Source of the DNA: Macrostomum hystrix
Taxonomy: Eukaryota; Animalia; Platyhelminthes
Reading direction: 5' to 3'
DNA length: 64,000 bases
Assembly (NCBI GenBank): GCA_950097015.1
Contig: CATNEN010000031.1
Span: 1,860,001-1,924,000, forward strand
Part shown: positions 51,701-62,900 of the stretch, one piece after another
Layout of the letters: the number at the start of each line of letters is the position of its first letter
How positions within the stretch are numbered: position 1 is the stretch's first letter
Notes under the pieces: generated by a model
What the model was told of the DNA's origin: nothing
Databases searched by the model: none
What the model saw: the letters and a program-made list of their open reading frames with translations, nothing else
Translations under genes and position numbers: made by a program

Positions 51701-54700
51701 TGCGTCCTTTGCCTTGTTCAAAGCATCAGATGACATGCTCTCGTCATGTCGCTGCTCGATCGGAGGTTCCGCTAGCTCCACTGATAGCAGCTGATCTTCG
51801 AACTCGATCTTGACATCGTCAGGCTCTTGCTCGAGTCGCCTCACCAACTCGACAATGGCAGCGTTCTCGACTGCCAATGTCTCGTCTTTCTCGACATCGT
51901 CGTCATCGTCAGATCGTTGCAGTTGTCGAGCGAGCTGATCCTCGTCAGTCTGCAGTGCGTCCTTTGCCTTGTTCAAAGCATCAGATGACATGCTCTCGTC
52001 ATGTCGCTGCTCGATCGGAGGTTCCGCTAGCTCCACTGATAGCAGCTGATCTTCGAACTCGATCTTGACATCGTCAGGCTCTTGCTCGAGTCGCCTCACC
52101 AACTCGACAATGGCAGCGTTCTCGACTGCCAATGTCTCGTCTTTCTCGACATCGTCGTCATCGTCAGATCGTTGCAGTTGTCGAGCGAGCTGAGCCTCGT
52201 CAGTCTGCAGGTCGTGCTTTGCCTTGTTCAAAGCATCAGATGAGATGCTCTCGTCATGTCGCTGCTCGATCGGAGGTTCCGCTAGCTCCACTGATAGCAG
52301 CTGATCTTCGAACTCGATCTTGACATCGTCAGGCTCTTGCTCGAGTCGCCTCACCAACTCGACAATGTCAGCGTTCTCGACTGCCAATGTCTCGCCTTTC
52401 TCGACATCGTCGTCATCGTCAGATCGTTGCAGTTGTCGAGCGAGCTGATCCTCGTCAGTCTGCAGTGCGTCCTTTGCCTTGTTCAAAGCATCAGATGACA
52501 TGCTCTCGTCATGTCGCTGCTCGATCGGAGGTTCCGCTAGCTCCAATGATAGCAGCTGATCTTCGAACTCGATCTTGACATCGTCAGGCTCTTGCTCGAG
52601 TCGCCTCACCAACTCGACAATGGCAGCGTTCTCGACTGCCAATGTCTCGTCTTTCTCGACATCGTCATAATCGTCAGATCGTTGCAGTTGTCGAGCGAGC
52701 TGAGCCTCGTCAGTCTGCAGGTCGTGCTTTGCCTTGTTCAAAGCATCAGATGAGATGCTCTCGTCATGTCGCTGCTCGATCGGAGGTTCCGCTAGCTCCA
52801 ATGATAGCAGCTGATCTTCGAACTCGATCTTGACATCGTCAGGCTCTTGCTCGAGTCGCCTCACCAACTCGACAATGGCAGCGTTCTCGACTGCCAATGT
52901 CTCGTCTTTCTCGACATCGTCGTCATCGTCAGATCGTTGCAGTTGTCGAGCGAGCTGATCCTCGTCAGTCTGCAGTGCGTCCTTTGCCTTGTTCAAAGCA
53001 TCAGATGACATGCTCTCGTCATGTCGCTGCTCGATCGGAGGTTCCGCTAGCTCCACTGATAGCAGCTGATCTTCGAACTCGATCTTGACATCGTCAGGCT
53101 CTTGCTCGAGTCGCCTCACCAACTCGACAATGGCAGCGTTCTCGACTGCCAATGTCTCGTCTTTCTCGACATCGTCGTCATCGTCAGATCGTTGCAGTTG
53201 TCGAGCGAGCTGATCCTCGTCAGTCTGCAGTGCGTCCTTTGCCTTGTTCAAAGCATCAGATGACATGCTCTCGTCATGTCGCTGCTCGATCGGAGGTTCC
53301 GCTAGCTCCACTGATAGCAGCTGATCTTCGAACTCGATCTTGACATCGTCAGGCTCTTGCTCGAGTCGCCTCACCAACTCGACAATGGCAGCGTTCTCGA
53401 CTGCCAATGTGTCGGCTTTCTCGACATCGTCGTCATCGTCAGATCGTTGCAGTTGTCGAGCGAGCTGATCCTCGTCAGTCTGCAGTGCGTGCTTTGCCTT
53501 GTTCAAAGCATCAGATGAGATGCTCTCGTCATGTCGCTGCTCGATCGGAGGTTCCGCTAGCTCCACTGATAGCAGCTGATCTTCGAACTCGATCTTGACA
53601 TCGTCAGGCTCTTGCTCGAGTCGCCTCACCAACTCGACAATGGCAGCGTTCTCGACTGTCAATGTGTCGGCTTTCTCGACATCGTCGTCATCGTCAGATC
53701 GTTGCAGTTGTCGAGCGAGCTGATCCTCGTCAGTCTGCAGTGCCTGCTTTGCCTTGTTCAAAGCATCAGATGACATGCTCTCGTCATGTCGCTGCTCGAT
53801 CGGAGGTTCCGCTAGCTCCACTGATAGCAGCTGATCTTCGAACTCGATCTTGACATCGTCAGGCTCTTGCTCGAGTCGCCTCACCAACTCGACAATGTCA
53901 GCGTTCTCGACTGCCAATGTCTCGTCTTTCTCGACATCGTCGTCATCGTCAGATCGTTGCAGTTGTCGAGCGAGCTGAGCCTCGCCAGTCGGCAGTGCGT
54001 CCTTTGCCTTGTTCAAAGCATCAGATGACATGCTCTCGTCATGTCGCTGCTCGATCGGAGGTTCCGCTTGCTCCAATGATAGCAGCTGATCTTCGAACTC
54101 GATCTTGACATCGTCAGGCTCTTGCTCGAGTCGCCTCACCAACTCGACAATGGCAGCGTTCTCGACTGCCAATGTCTCGTCTTTCTCGACATCGTCGTCA
54201 TCGTCAGATCGTTGCAGTTGTCGAGCGAGCTGATCCTCGTCAGTCTGCACTGCGATTTTTTGTGCTTTTACATTCTCCTCGTCATGGGTTGTCTCGTTCG
54301 GAAATTGTTCCTTGTAAACATTTCGTGAAGCAGTCTTTTTAGAGTATTTTTGTTGTGGTAAATTATTTCCATACTGTCTGTTTTTAATTATTCTTTTCTC
54401 ATGCTTTTGATCTAGTTCGTAGGAACCGTGATGTTTCTTTGTTGCGGCTTTTAGCATTTTCAAGAACAAAATGGACCTCTTTAGCGATGCTGGACTGCCT
54501 ACATGCGTTGGTGTTGTTGGGCCTGACTCTCCTATTTCATTGTGTTCATTGTATTGTTTAGCTGCTCTTTCGAATTCCTTCAACTGGTCTGAGCTTGGAA
54601 GTGAATCTATCATTATTGTGAGGCTCTCGTAATTGAAGTCATTGTGATGGTTGGCCTGGAGAGTCGTTTTTACTGTGGCATCTTCTTCTGGAGGCCTGTC

Positions 54701-56875
54701 CCGGACTTCTTTGTTTTCATGATTTGTAGAGATGTCGGCTGCTGTTGGCTCTTTAGTGATCTGTTGCTTTGTACCAGCTTCATCTAGCTCTACCCACGCG
54801 GTCTCCACCAGGTCACTAGAATATTTTGTTTGATCTCCTTCCATCAGGTGCATTGAATGTGAGTGATTGCCTGTTTTGGTTCCTGTATTGGCATCGTGCA
54901 GGTCTGCTTTTCCTGGCCATTCCTGAGCGATGGCATCCTTGCGTCCATAGATACTGCTGCTGCCGTTCTTAGCGGATCCTAGCTGTATGTCAACTTCTAC
55001 CATGCTTATGACAGGCGATTCATCTTTGCGTCTGTATGTTGTAGATACTTTCCGCTGTACTGTCCCAGTGGAGTCCACGGGCTCAAAATCCACAACGCTA
55101 TTGAACTGTACAGTGCCTGGCCTGATGTACGCTGTGTCCGAATTTCGAAGTTGAGTGCGCTGCAGTGCTTTCTGTGAACTTGAGGTTTGGAATTTCTCCG
55201 GTTCTGATTGGCCCGTGCAACTCTGTCCAGTGTTTGGGTGTTTGTCAGCTTTGCTGCTCATGGGAATTGGCGGTCGGCCTAAGTTCTCGATTCTGGGCAG
55301 TGAGAGCCGTAGCTGCTTTATGTAGCTTGGCATGCTCTGTAGTCGGTCGTCTAAAATATTTAAAAAGACTTTGCTGTAAGGGCTCCTGGAAGTAGATCTG
55401 CTCTTTTTGTGTGACTTATAATTACAACTGATACAGTTTTAAACTTAAAATTATTGAACTGATTTTGAGTTGCTTGATTTATGGAAGACACTCCTCGCAC
55501 TTGTGTTTGCATTGCGCGATTCATCATTTGCGCTGAATTTAAAACAATAGGAAACGCTCACCTGGACGGCCTATCAGCTTCTGGTCGTCACTGGAGCCAG
55601 CCTGGCAGACTGGAATCGACTCACCCGAGTCACAAAATTCCAGCTCGATGAACTCAGCTTCGCCGTCCAGCATCACCTGGCAGATTGCGAGAAAATTGCC
55701 ACCGTGGGGCAGCTGCGCCAGGCTGCTGTCCTGTAGGCGAATCTGAATTTGTTTTCAAATCAACCAGAATTACCTATCGCCGTGCGAGGCAGGTGCGTGG
55801 ACTCTGCGTATGCGACTTGAAAGGTTAAGAACTCACATCGTAGCACTTTGGTTGCACTGCGACTCTGACGACAAATGAATACGGCGTTACGATGACATCA
55901 CCGCATTTGCCTCTACGGTTCGTCTGCTTGCCATTGCTGCGGTAGCTGATTTCGAATAGGCCTTCACTAGTCAGGCAGACATCTAGGAACTCGAGTTGCC
56001 AGTCCTCGGCTGCCAGGGTGACATTCAGCCTAGAGAGGCGTAGAATAGAGTTTGGTGTAGAATATAGAATATTTTTGTCTAATATAATAATAATAATGGT
56101 AATAATAATAATAATAATTGCAGCAGGGCCGTGGGCAATGCCACATCATTTGGTGACACTAGACCCTCAGCCATCGAGGAGGCAATTCTGCCCATTCCGA
56201 GCACACATGAGCTCACAGACACCGTACGCAGGCCACACTTAAACAGGTGTGTGCATCTGCCCTGACTTTCTCATCGTCAGGCAGTGTACACTCTCACTGT
56301 GCCTTGGAAGTTGGCCCTCAAAGGGCGTATATTGCACAACAGGCACCAAAGCCTTCTCTCCGCGGCTGCGTTACAAATGAATATGGCCTCACTGCGGAAT
56401 CGAGCTCAGGGGCATTGGTACGAGAGGTAAACGCGTTAACCGCTCTGCCACCGAGCCCCTAAATGCCTTATATATGAACTTATGTGTTTCATCTGGGGTA
56501 TTAAAAAAATAGTATTTTATATTTTATCTGCATATACTTTGCAGATGAAACGGCCGACTAAACTCTAAATCGCGTCTTTAGAAACAAAATTCAATGCCAC
56601 TCGTCATCATCTGACTCACGACTTTCCGTGCAGTACGCCCTTGGCTACAACAACGTCTCCAGTGATCAGGCTTGCTGACATATTGTGCACTAGCAAACTC
56701 TCCTGGATTGAGAAGAGGATTAAAAAGCATTCGTCATTGCCTGATATAAGAGATCACATCTCATGCACATCAGGTAAACTTTGATTTAACTTACTCCGCG
56801 AGGACACCGGCCCGCTTCAGCTGAGCTCGGCTCATTGCTTAGCCCGGCAGTCTTGGGCCCACGAAATTTCAACAT
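33718..56875 (-). CDS. Giant multi-galectin-fold protein with acidic tandem-repeat spacer, about 5,480 aa (14-exon model)
   Basis: Exons: 56875-56795, 56702-56620, 56029-55837, 55742-55625 (alternative donor at 55562), 55350-41834, 41249-40596, 40446-40358, 40282-40069, 39598-39191, 38581-38465, 38366-37756, 36998-36785, 34036-33917, 33747-33718. All junctions are GT-AG and phase-consistent (16,449 nt). Galectin-like strand patterns include PFTARLPVRIRYGHSIVICG, IHINGEYLMTY..IMSMYIEGDLMLEGL and LPRQLPVGSQIKV..FESIIVRRLEDYYVTLDTGHCASMRHQ. The first and last exons are least certain. Confidence 0.75.
34324..34597. mobile_element. hAT-type MITE nested in the Helitron, 8-bp TSD
   Basis: TIRs CAGTGGCAGATCCAGG / reverse complement CAGAGGCAGATTTAGG. 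Flanks TATACAGT at 34316-34323 and 34598-34605. Internal ~21-bp GGGCGCCAGCGGCTGAAAAA repeats. Confidence 0.9.
34750..35748 (-). pseudogene. Helitron RepHel PIF1 helicase, C-terminal half (5'-truncated, frame intact)
   Basis: Motifs [57 protein letters not shown]...LCNGTRL, FKRLQFPVRVCFAMTINKAQGQSL and FSHGQLYVACSRV. The Rep domain and helicase motif I are absent. Confidence 0.92.
36440..36703. repeat. 22-bp minisatellite (GCACTCATTCAGCATTCGACAA), 12 copies
   Basis: Direct inspection; intronic, between the Helitron 5' end and exon 36785-36998. Confidence 0.97.
38713..39079 (+). mobile_element. tRNA-derived SINE family B with (ATT)n tail and 12-bp TSD
   Basis: Flanked by GTGTACTTTCTA at 38701-38712 and 39080-39091. 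tRNA-like head AGCAGAGCGG...GAGCCTGATTCC. Homologous to 56081-56460. Confidence 0.85.
39860..39978. repeat. (AAATAAAC)n simple repeat, intronic
   Basis: Direct inspection. Confidence 0.9.
43621..54250 (-). repeat. Coding tandem array: about 31 x 255-bp (85-aa) units plus three 861-bp (287-aa) blocks
   Basis: The 255-bp period is visible throughout. Interspersed blocks lie at 50402-51262, 46367-47227 and 44627-45487, with a 1740-bp higher-order duplication. The frame stays open through the array and both unique flanks. Confidence 0.97.
56081..56460 (-). mobile_element. SINE family B, copy 2
   Basis: The reverse strand reads AGGGGCTCGGTGGCAGAGCGGTTAACGCG...GAGCTCGATTCC...CCAAATGATGTGGCATTGCCC..(ATT)n and aligns with 38713-39079. 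Confidence 0.82.
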
Positions 56876-59800
56876 TTAATTTACTCCTCGCTGCCTTCAC
56901 AGCGAGGAACGTCGCTCTCCGTTTACTTTACCAATTTTGAAAAGCCGCTTGCTCAAAAACAAGCAAGAGATCTGCTGTTGTTTTTACCTTTGCGCAGACC
57001 TTTTCAAGAAAAAAAGGTTTAGGGCTGGAAGGCGTTGACGTCCCGGCCCAGATAATGAATAGCGCCAAGTTGCTTGTGTGTGTGGGGGAAGCACATGCGA
57101 TATCTTTTGATAAGGCATTTTTGACATAGCAAAAACGCGTTCTTCTGATAAGGCCTGTTTCAGTAAAAGCTCTTAGAAAATGTAGAAAAATCTGCTTCAA
57201 TAATGCGCGCGTTTGACTGAAACGCTGGGATAATAAATGCATAACAGTCAAAAGTAATTTAGAACGGTGAAAAAAACAAAATTTCAAAGCCTATTTGTAT
57301 CACCGCTTTAAAGAATCGAAAGCATTCATTTAAATTACGGCACCCAAAAACGAATAAAACGCACGAGAGCCAAGCTAGAGCATGTTTTTGCTTTGATTAA
57401 TTATCTAAGCGATTCTAAAAGTACAGCTGCTATCGAAACTCACAGTCACAGGCATATAAATTAACATGTATTATAGTTGTATGGAGACAACAGGTAAAAA
57501 TATCAATAAAACTGTAAAGTATATCATACGCTCATAATCTACGAACTAATGCTTGACTTCTTAATGGAGTGCCATCATGGTGCTTTACGCTACGACCCTA
57601 GCAAAATCTAAAAGGCTCCTTGAATACAAACTGTCTTGCAAAAAACTGATCGCAATGTTACAAAAATTCTATTCTATATCTGGAGTTTATTCAAGCCAAT
57701 AATTAGCAAATTCTCTTATGTTTTGGGGCAATTTACATTCTCGCACTGTGGATAGTCAGAAAACTTAGAGTTTTAGATTTAAATACTGTGATACCCAATG
57801 AGTATCATGATTACTGGAGTCACTGGACTATTAAAAGTATACAGAACACTTCAACCGATGCCCCCTAGCTTGGTGAAGGGATAAAAATCCGAAGCAAAAA
57901 ATACAAAATATAATTTTGCTTATGTAGTTAAACAAGGTACAATAATATATTCGGCTCAAAAACTTTATATCTTTTTCATGGCAAGCAAATATATTCTAAT
58001 AAAGTAATATGCACAATTAAGAGTGAAGCTAGAATGATTTTATTTGACTTGTGCTTTCAATTTTCCAGTAAAATGCGAGCTTTTTAAAACCGAGCTCGAA
58101 TATTATCACTATTGATACTTGATGGCCTCCCTTGACCCCTAGACTTCTTTCCAGCCCAGATTAAATTCCTCAGAATCGTTTCTTTTTTAGTAAAGTGGGG
58201 AACGTTTTAATATGCAACTAATTCACCAACCGCTTACTACTCTTTAAAGACTGGTTATGTGGGGGCTTTTTAAGAAATTTTATAATATTACTAAAAGGTT
58301 TAAATTTTTAATTAAATTTAAAGGTTTAGTCCTGACGATTTAAAATGACCTTTTTGGATTTTGCATAGGCCTAATATTTCATAAAAAAGCACTTTTATAT
58401 ATGAGCCATAATATATACTGATATACCATATTAAGCTGTTATTTTGTATTTTCTTTAACTCTTATTTTTATGTAGAATTTTTTATATTTTAGCTACAGTC
58501 TGAATAATGTTGGATACATGACAGAAAAACAATCAGAAGGCTAGAGTGCATGATAAAAATATTTCTTGCATCATTTTGAGTTAAAATGTGAAGTAAAAGA
58601 TCAGATTTAGAGTTGTGACTCAGTTTTTGATTTTCAACATTACAAACTTGCTATAGCAATCCTCTAGTTTCACACATTTAAGATAAAAACTTTCTAAGCT
58701 ACTGCAAGTAAATTTATAATTAGGCCCTATGCAGGAGTTTCCAAATGATATGGCAGTATTTTGGCTATGTCTATGCCTATGGCCAAAACTAAATAGAGAT
58801 AAAATAAGAGCAGAAAGTCACTAGAAAGGAAATATGATTTTACTCTTGTCTTGTTATTTTGCCTTAGCTTGGCATGATAAATGGTGAGCTAAGTATTGGA
58901 AAGTTCACAAGTAAACCAGCAATATTTTCATGTCAAGTGTGTTTGATTTAAAGTTATAGTTAGGACATAGAAAAAGTCATGGTAACTAAAAGGTTAATAA
59001 TCAATTCTTTATATATGTGGCTATGAACTTAAATGTAACAAGGACCTAGTGCATACCCTATTGCCTTTATACTCAGCATGTAAATGGAAAAGTCAATATT
59101 TTATCAAACAAGTATTGATTTTGTCACTAAAAATGTACCCTAGCCCAACAATGCAAGCCTTTTGTGGGGTAGCTTAGTGGACTCATACAATTATATATTG
59201 GACAAAAGTTTACTTTAAGTGCACTTTATTAAGCTAGCTATCTGTATGATTTTTACAAATTGCTAGCTTGAAGACAGACTGCATGCATGATCAGTGGTCT
59301 TAAATAAATGATCATACACAACCAAGCTATGAGCGTACCACTATTTCTACTTGTAGTAGAAAGTGGAGGACTAGAAGTTAGGTTAGTCTATATGTATTTT
59401 AAGATGATGCTGAGTATGTCTAGGCCTATCTAAAGTGCCAGAATAGTTTAAGGTGTAGCATTTCTCTCTGACATAAAATAGTATAATATGCATATATGTT
59501 TGATGTTCCTCATCAGGGTGTTTTAAATTTAAAATATTTTTGTAAAAAAATTACATTAGCTTATTTAGGATTTCTACATGAATTTCTACATTTATTATTA
59601 TGTAAATTATTACTGTTAGATTGCTTTGTCAAGCATAGCTACAAGCAATACATAAATGCTATGCTATGTAGTTCAGTGACATACTTGATCGATACATTAG
59701 AAATCATTTGATTAAAATGATACCTTGGCCAACTTTTTCATTATCTTTGATAACTCTTCTGAACATAATTATTTATAGATATTATGTTAATGTTATGCCT

Positions 59801-59955
59801 ACAATCTTCAAACAACCAACATGCTAAAAACCAACTTCTAAATGGCAAGTATTATTCTGGGTAAAAAACATTCAAACTTACAGCTGCACAAAAACTGTTT
59901 TGCCACGTTTCCAGCAGCAACTGGCACTGCTGCCAGGCCGGGAGGCCAGTGCGCC

Positions 59956-62900
59956 ATGACCACCGCCTCTGATGGCGGCGAACAGGCCGTCTATTATGAC
60001 CCCGGCGAGCGCCTGGCCGCTCTAGTACTAGACTTAGTTGACGGCTTCCTGCTAGTGGCTAATCAAGCCGCCTTAGTTGCTTACGCTTCGTCTAATCTGT
60101 CCAAGTATCTGGCCTGCACCGCTGATCAGGTGCGCTTGCGACCACTAGCTTCACTGTTGCACGCCGAGGACAGGGGTCTGCTTCAGCCCTATCTGGATAG
60201 GCTCAATGGTGAGCATTTTTATTCTTTTATGCTTTTTTAGGAGGCTTGTGGACAAATGGCTGATTCAAATAAATTGAGTCTTCTCAGTGAGAGACTGTCA
60301 TTAGCCCAGTAACTTGTAGCTCCGAAATGCTTAGAGCTTGGGATTTCTGACCTAGAGTTTGGGAGGGAGTTCGATTCTCAACCCAAGGGAAGCCATTTTT
60401 TTTCAGCAGGATATTTGATTTTCCTAATTACATTAGTTTACCTAGCTGTAAAATGGGTTCTAGCATTAGCTCAGGTAGGAATTCGGCTGAGTATAACTGC
60501 CTCCCCAGTCCACGGACTGGACAGTCTTACACAGCTCTTGGAAGACAGATCTTTAGAAGGCTTTAAGCTAAGGTCTGATGACGCAACATCAGGAAGTATT
60601 TATTCAGCCGAGTAGGCTTGAATTAAATTCTCGATTCTCTCTCCTGTTAGACTCAACAGCGAAGCCGATTCTGCCGAGCCGCCTGCGCTTCCGACTGGAG
60701 GTTGGCGCCTTGGCTAGCGCGCCGACTACCTGCGTTGATGCCATTGTAAAATTGCAACAGTTTCCATTTAGCGAAGGTAAGTAACGAGTCTTTGAATCGT
60801 TTAAACAAATTTTAAAGTCTTCTAAATGTGTGTCAGAATTTCACCCGAATGCCGCAGACACCTACGAGCCTGCTCTAGTATGCGTCTGCCGCACGGCCAC
60901 TGCTCAGCCACAGCAACCAGCCACCAGGCAGTCTCCAAGCCTGCCAGCTGCTCAGCTACAGCAACCAGCCACCAGGCAGTCTCCAAGCCTGCCAGTTACG
61001 CCTGTATCTGCTGCCGCGGCTGCAGCAGGGATTCAGCAACAGCCGCAGTCAGCATCGGCCACTCTCCTGTGCGAGCTGAACCTACCGGATACTAGGGTCC
61101 TGCGATGTAGCTGCAGGTGCTGGCTTAAGCTGCTTCTTTTACAATAATTTTCATTTGGATTGACAAAGGATGAAACGGGGGCATTTTAAGCGCTCCCTTT
61201 AATATCTAATATAGTCTACTAACACTTTGATTTAGATCTTGAATGATGTCTCGAAATCAACGTAACTACAACGACAGATTCGAGTTATATCAGGCCAGAG
61301 GACAGATTATTCAATTGGTAAAGATATTGTCGACTAGGGCAGGAATAAAAAATTTATGCTTTTTTTATCAATACAGGCTATTTCAAAAAAAGAAATTATC
61401 TGTTAAACATTCGTGTTTTTTCAATATGAGTTTTATAGTATTGAAGCGCATCTAAGAAAATTCTCGCAATACACATCGTTAGCGCCCAATAAATATATGC
61501 ATGGCTTGCATGTCGTAATCCATTGTTTTCTTAAATCAATCAATTTCCATCGCTTATGTTTGATCTGCACCGCCGAACCTCGTTACTACCACTGCAGTCC
61601 CGAACTGACGGCTAGCCGGGGCATCCACGGTGACTACTTCCTTGGCAAGAACTGGAATCAACTGGTGGCCCCCTCCGACCGGGCCATCTGGCAGAGGCAT
61701 CTGGACACTGCAGGTGAGCGAGTTAGTTAATCTGGGAACATTTGAGAATACACTCTTTGTACTTTAATGATTTCTATTATTCATTCCGTTTCTTTCCTAT
61801 TTCTTCCCTACGCCTGTCTCCTTCCTCAATCCGCCTGTCTCCCTACTCACTCCGCATGTCTCCTTCCTCACTCCGCCTGTCTCCCTACTCACTCCGCCTG
61901 TCTCCTTCCTCACTCCGCTTGTCTCCCTACTCACTCCGCCTGTCTCCTTCCTCACACCCCAATGTCTGCTTCCTCACCCCAATGTCTCCTGCATCACTCA
62001 GCCCGGCTTTCCTGTCTGTTTCCATCAGTCAACCGCTGTGAGTTTCATATTTCATTCGCCCATACTTTCGCAGCGAGCAGTCCAGGCCGGCCGGCTAGTT
62101 CAATCTACCGTTGCCAGGTGGCGCCAGGCCGGGTGGCCTATGTGAAAACCTGCAGTCGAGTGGCCGGTCTCAACCTACTGAGCAGCACGCATAGCATTGT
62201 TGGGTGAGTCTGTCGTGTTCTGTATACTTATTTTGTTCTCGCTGATAGAAATATTCAGAATAATTAGCTTCGCAGCATAAGTATAGAGCCGCTTAATCAC
62301 AATTTTAAAAGTACAAGTAGGCTCTTTCTCTAAAATTTCGGTGTCTTTGAGGCACCCCTATTCTCTTAAATGATCTATCAGCGGTTCTCTGGCTCTTATC
62401 TGGTCCATAAGACGGACCTAAATTTCGTGACTGAGATGCTCGGAGATTGCAATAAAGCCACTCAAATATTCTGTACGACCTTTTAGCGAATGCGGCGGTG
62501 GTACGTCACCTGACCAGACAGCATCTCAGCAACAGCAGCAGCAGCCGTGGTGTCAAGTTCCGCCACCAAAGCCAGTTAGTCACACAGTCAGCAGTGACTC
62601 TGTACTGCTGGACCTTCTAGGCAACGGCGGCCCGCCGCTGACGCACCAGCTAAGCAACGGTGGCAAGCGGTACGCTGTCGACTCCTTAAACGGCGGCGAC
62701 ATCAGCAACGGCGAGGCCACGCCGCCAAAGATAATCGGCACGCCTCCGTCACTGCCGAGGCGAAACGGCAACGGTGCCGGCGTTGGCGGCGGAGGCTTCG
62801 CCGCCCAGATGAAGGAGCTGCCGGTGCCGCCGAATGTTCGACTGACGGTCGGCCCGCCGGAGCTGCCGCAGGACGTTGTAGACACCATTCTGGCTTTAGA

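Noticed and set aside
44107-54108. About 28 repeated 63-aa plus-strand ORFs (MSRLSRHR...)
   Set aside because: Antisense shadows of the 255-bp coding unit, each interrupted by a stop and without independent support.
41804-55333. Identity with Macrostomum adhesion protein ap2 (255-residue repeat)
   Set aside because: The repeat here is 255 bp (85 aa) and acidic, with no signal peptide and no vWD/TIL/TSP domains seen. The number match is coincidental.
56275-56310. Hammerhead-like CTGACGA core in SINE family B
   Set aside because: The CCTGAC..GTCAGG hairpin sequesters the motif, and no properly placed GAAA or stem III was found.
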